Below are positions 13,112-15,405 of a stretch of DNA of 15,405 nt, piece after piece. Both the position numbers and the translations under genes were made by a program. A model generated the notes under the pieces. The model did not search any database. It was not told where the DNA came from and was given only the letters and a program-made list of their open reading frames with translations. The stretch is from a candidate division WOR-3 bacterium (GTDB lineage: Bacteria > Hydrothermota > Tepidihabitantia > SM23-42 > JAOAFX01). Within the stretch, counting starts at the first letter, position 1; every line of letters starts with the position of its first letter. The stretch spans positions 1-15,405 of the forward strand of contig JBBILZ010000055.1 of the NCBI GenBank assembly GCA_037444665.1, read 5' to 3'.

Positions 13112-15405
13112 ATGATAACCATATTTTTGATCTTCACAATCACTGAACCAGAAATCTATCTGTGTAATCCAAATACTACTCCTTACGGTTTTGTTCTTAC
13201 AAATAATTATTGCAATAATTTATACCTCCTGAAAAACAATGAACTTGAAGAACTAATTACTGCACCAGGGTGTGGCAGGTTTTATACTCTCTCTCCTGAC
13301 AAAAGGTTGATTGGATTCAAGTGGATTAGTGAAAAAGGCCTACAAGTACCGGCAATATATGACCTTGCAAAAAGAGAAATTATAAAATTGCATAACCCGG
13401 TTTATCTCTCAGGACAGGTAAGCTTTTCCAATGATGGAAAGATTGCGTTCACGCTCAATGAAGATTTAATTGTTCAGAATTCACGGGAAACAAAACAGTA
13501 TAACTTAGGTGTCTATGCAAACCTCTCCCCTATTTCACCAGATGGGAATTTTGTAGTATATAATGATAATTATGACCAATTATGGATTCTGGACCTGAGA
13601 GATGATAAAAGAATTTGTATCACTGATAAAAAAAATGGCTATTGGTCACCAAAATGGTCTTACGATTCAAAATTCATTGCCTATTCAACATTGAGCGGTT
13701 TCATAAAAGTCTATGACTGTATTAAAAATATAAACTATGATATTGGTGAAGGGAAAGGATTTAACTGGTCACCAGATAGCAAATGGCTTATATATTATAT
13801 TACGCAGACCAATGGCAATGAGTTAATCAATTCTGATTTATATATATCAAAATACGATGGCTCAGCAAAATTCCAATTGACAAACACACCTGATATTCTT
13901 GAAATGGAACCAAGTTTTGCAGATGAAAATAATATTATTTATCATACCTTTGAGCAAATGGAAATATGCACTGGTATGCTCAAAGACCATCAACTTATTG
14001 ATAAGAAAGTTCTATATCAACAAAAGAAAAAATTGAAAATCAATTACTATAATATCTATGTTGATTATGGCACAAGGGATTCTATTGATGTTCCGTATAT
14101 TCATCAGGTCTATGATACTCCGGACTGGCACAATGGACACTGGTCCTGTGCACCGACCACAGCAATGATGGCAATTGCCTATTACCGAAAACTACCTTAC
14201 TGGGACTGCTGGTGCTCGTATCCTTATGGACATACAAGCCATTTTGGAAATTATATCTGCTCACAATACAACTACCGCGAAGTTACATACGATTTAGTAG
14301 CACAGGATGCAGGCGGAAATGATGCCTGGGGTGGTTATGGATATATGTGGTATAATGGCTATTCACCATATTCAAGGATGTATAATTATCTTATTTACCA
14401 CGATTTGAATTCCTGGGTTGATGATACACCAACCTGGGACGAAACTGTAGCTGAAGTCCAGGCAGGTTGGCCATATTGTATGTGTGTAGGATTAACAACT
14501 GCAGGTCATCTGGTGCTTGCTGTGGGCCAGGTCTTGAACTGGCATACACTAATCTTCAATGACCCCTATGGCAATAAAAATACACCCGGTTATCCAAGTT
14601 ATGATGGAAAATACGCCCGGTATGATTGGCCTGGTTACGATAACGGTTATCAAAATCTCAATTCTGTGTATTGGTGTCGTGGTGCAAGGGGGTCCTGGCC
14701 TGCGCCAGTGGATACAATTGTAGATGATTTGCAGATTCGCTATGTAGGAGAATCTTATGGATTCTATATGCATACCCAATCACCTTCCACAATGAGATTT
14801 TACCGCGATAATCTCGCTGGCTATAATAACCATTTCTGGTGGACATACACCACTGTCTCTGCTGATACCTGTTATGTAACCTGGACACCCCATCTGCTCA
14901 CAAGTGGCAATTACGAAGTTTATGCTTTCATTCCCAGTATAAATGCCAATGCCAATGCACATTATAAAATCTATTATGCAGGCGGCAACCAAACCGTAAT
15001 CATCAATCAGAATAACTATTCAAATCAATGGGTCTTGCTCGGTACATTCCCTTTCAATACAAGTGGTGGATATGTCTATCTTGGTGATGCATCAGGCACA
15101 TCAATGCAAAGGATTGCCTTTGATGCAATAAGATGGCATCTGGTTACTACAGAAATTGCAGAAGATTTAACAGAAAATAACTGTGGTACATATAAATTGG
15201 AGACATTGCCAAATCCATTCAAGAATGCTACAAGCATTAAATTCCAAATCCCAAGCACCAAATCCCAAACAATACTCAATTCCCCAATCCCAAACTACAA
15301 ACTAAGAATTTATGATGTCACTGGCAGACTGGTAAAATCCTTTTTACTTCCTACTTCTCACTTCTCACTTCTTACTTCTGTGGAGTGGAACGGAACAGAC
15401 GATTC
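13112..15405 (+). CDS. Secreted multidomain protein (>764 aa, 3'-truncated): TolB/PD40-like beta-propeller, C39-like cysteine peptidase, golvesin/Xly-CBD-like domain, T9SS-type CTD; not in the ORF track
   Basis: Manual translation is open from ATG 13112 to the window end. Propeller-blade motifs LSPDKR, FSNDGKIAF, ISPDGNFVVY, PKWSYDSKFIAY, WSPDSKWLIY, QLTNTPD. Peptidase motifs DVPYIHQ, SCAPTTAMMAIAYY (Cys346), GHLVLAVG (His466), FNDPYG (Asp484). Golvesin-like WTPHLLTSGNYEVYAFIP, NQWVLLGTFPF, IAFDAIRW. CTD motifs PNPFKNATSIKF, LRIYDVTGRLVKSF, WNGTDD. Confidence 0.9.
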   Translation, partial: MITIFLIFTITEPEIYLCNPNTTPYGFVLTNNYCNNLYLLKNNELEELITAPGCGRFYTLSPDKRLIGFKWISEKGLQVPAIYDLAKREIIKLHNPVYLSGQVSFSNDGKIAFTLNEDLIVQNSRETKQYNLGVYANLSPISPDGNFVVYNDNYDQLWILDLRDDKRICITDKKNGYWSPKWSYDSKFIAYSTLSGFIKVYDCIKNINYDIGEGKGFNWSPDSKWLIYYITQTNGNELINSDLYISKYDGSAKFQLTNTPDILEMEPSFADENNIIYHTFEQMEICTGMLKDHQLIDKKVLYQQKKKLKINYYNIYVDYGTRDSIDVPYIHQVYDTPDWHNGHWSCAPTTAMMAIAYYRKLPYWDCWCSYPYGHTSHFGNYICSQYNYREVTYDLVAQDAGGNDAWGGYGYMWYNGYSPYSRMYNYLIYHDLNSWVDDTPTWDETVAEVQAGWPYCMCVGLTTAGHLVLAVGQVLNWHTLIFNDPYGNKNTPGYPSYDGKYARYDWPGYDNGYQNLNSVYWCRGARGSWPAPVDTIVDDLQIRYVGESYGFYMHTQSPSTMRFYRDNLAGYNNHFWWTYTTVSADTCYVTWTPHLLTSGNYEVYAFIPSINANANAHYKIYYAGGNQTVIINQNNYSNQWVLLGTFPFNTSGGYVYLGDASGTSMQRIAFDAIRWHLVTTEIAEDLTENNCGTYKLETLPNPFKNATSIKFQIPSTKSQTILNSPIPNYKLRIYDVTGRLVKSFLLPTSHFSLLTSVEWNGTDD
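15239..15305 (+). repeat. Degenerate heptamer repeats (AAATCCC-like) inside the CTD coding region
   Basis: AAATTCC AAATCCC AAGCACC AAATCCC AAACAAT actc AATTCCC CAATCCC AAACTAC AAACTAA. Confidence 0.8.
15344..15378 (+). repeat. Five tandem YYACTTC heptamers inside the CTD coding region
   Basis: TTACTTC CTACTTC TCACTTC TCACTTC TTACTTC. Confidence 0.9.

Noticed and set aside
14100..14700. Aromatic/Asn-rich region as a diversity-generating retroelement target
   Set aside because: No second near-identical template copy differing at adenines, and no reverse transcriptase in the window.
14082..15279. Minus-strand ORFs 14082..14264, 14549..14779, 14658..14888, 14780..14992 and 15076..15279
   Set aside because: Antisense to the long plus-strand gene starting at 13112; the WDLVLGIWNL stretch in the last one is only the reverse reading of the heptamer repeat.

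Overview
AT-rich bacterial chromosomal window with no rRNA, tRNA, CRISPR array, phage gene or transposase visible. Left to right: the 3' part of a purF-family gene and ltaE (+); a four-gene minus-strand operon (beta-decarboxylating dehydrogenase, LeuC/HacA-like and LeuD/HacB-like hydro-lyase subunits, HD-domain metalloprotein); two convergent small membrane-protein genes sharing a terminator; a repeat-rich spacer with a GTAG-type REP-like palindrome; a tightly coupled minus-strand operon (lipoprotein, CesA/CslA-like GT2, Trm112/YcaR-like zinc-knuckle protein, PorU/gingipain-like C25 peptidase with a T9SS-type C-terminal domain); and a divergent, 3'-truncated >764-aa gene missing from the ORF track (TolB-like propeller, C39-like peptidase, golvesin-like domain, T9SS-type CTD). 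T9SS-type CTDs together with canonical TTGACA/TATAAT promoters and strong SD motifs suggest a non-Bacteroidota, FCB-related lineage such as WOR-3 (inference only). Best leads: a lipoprotein that seems to fuse a LolA/LppX-like domain to a SecD P1-like domain; its operon as a possible surface-anchoring module; five promoters that all have a 16-bp spacer; very short uncharged N-terminal signals on both CTD proteins; heptamer repeats inserted in frame into CTD loops; an exact 42-bp in-frame duplication; and NADP-type signatures in a 'leuB-like' enzyme. Family assignments come from motif recognition by eye, not database searches.
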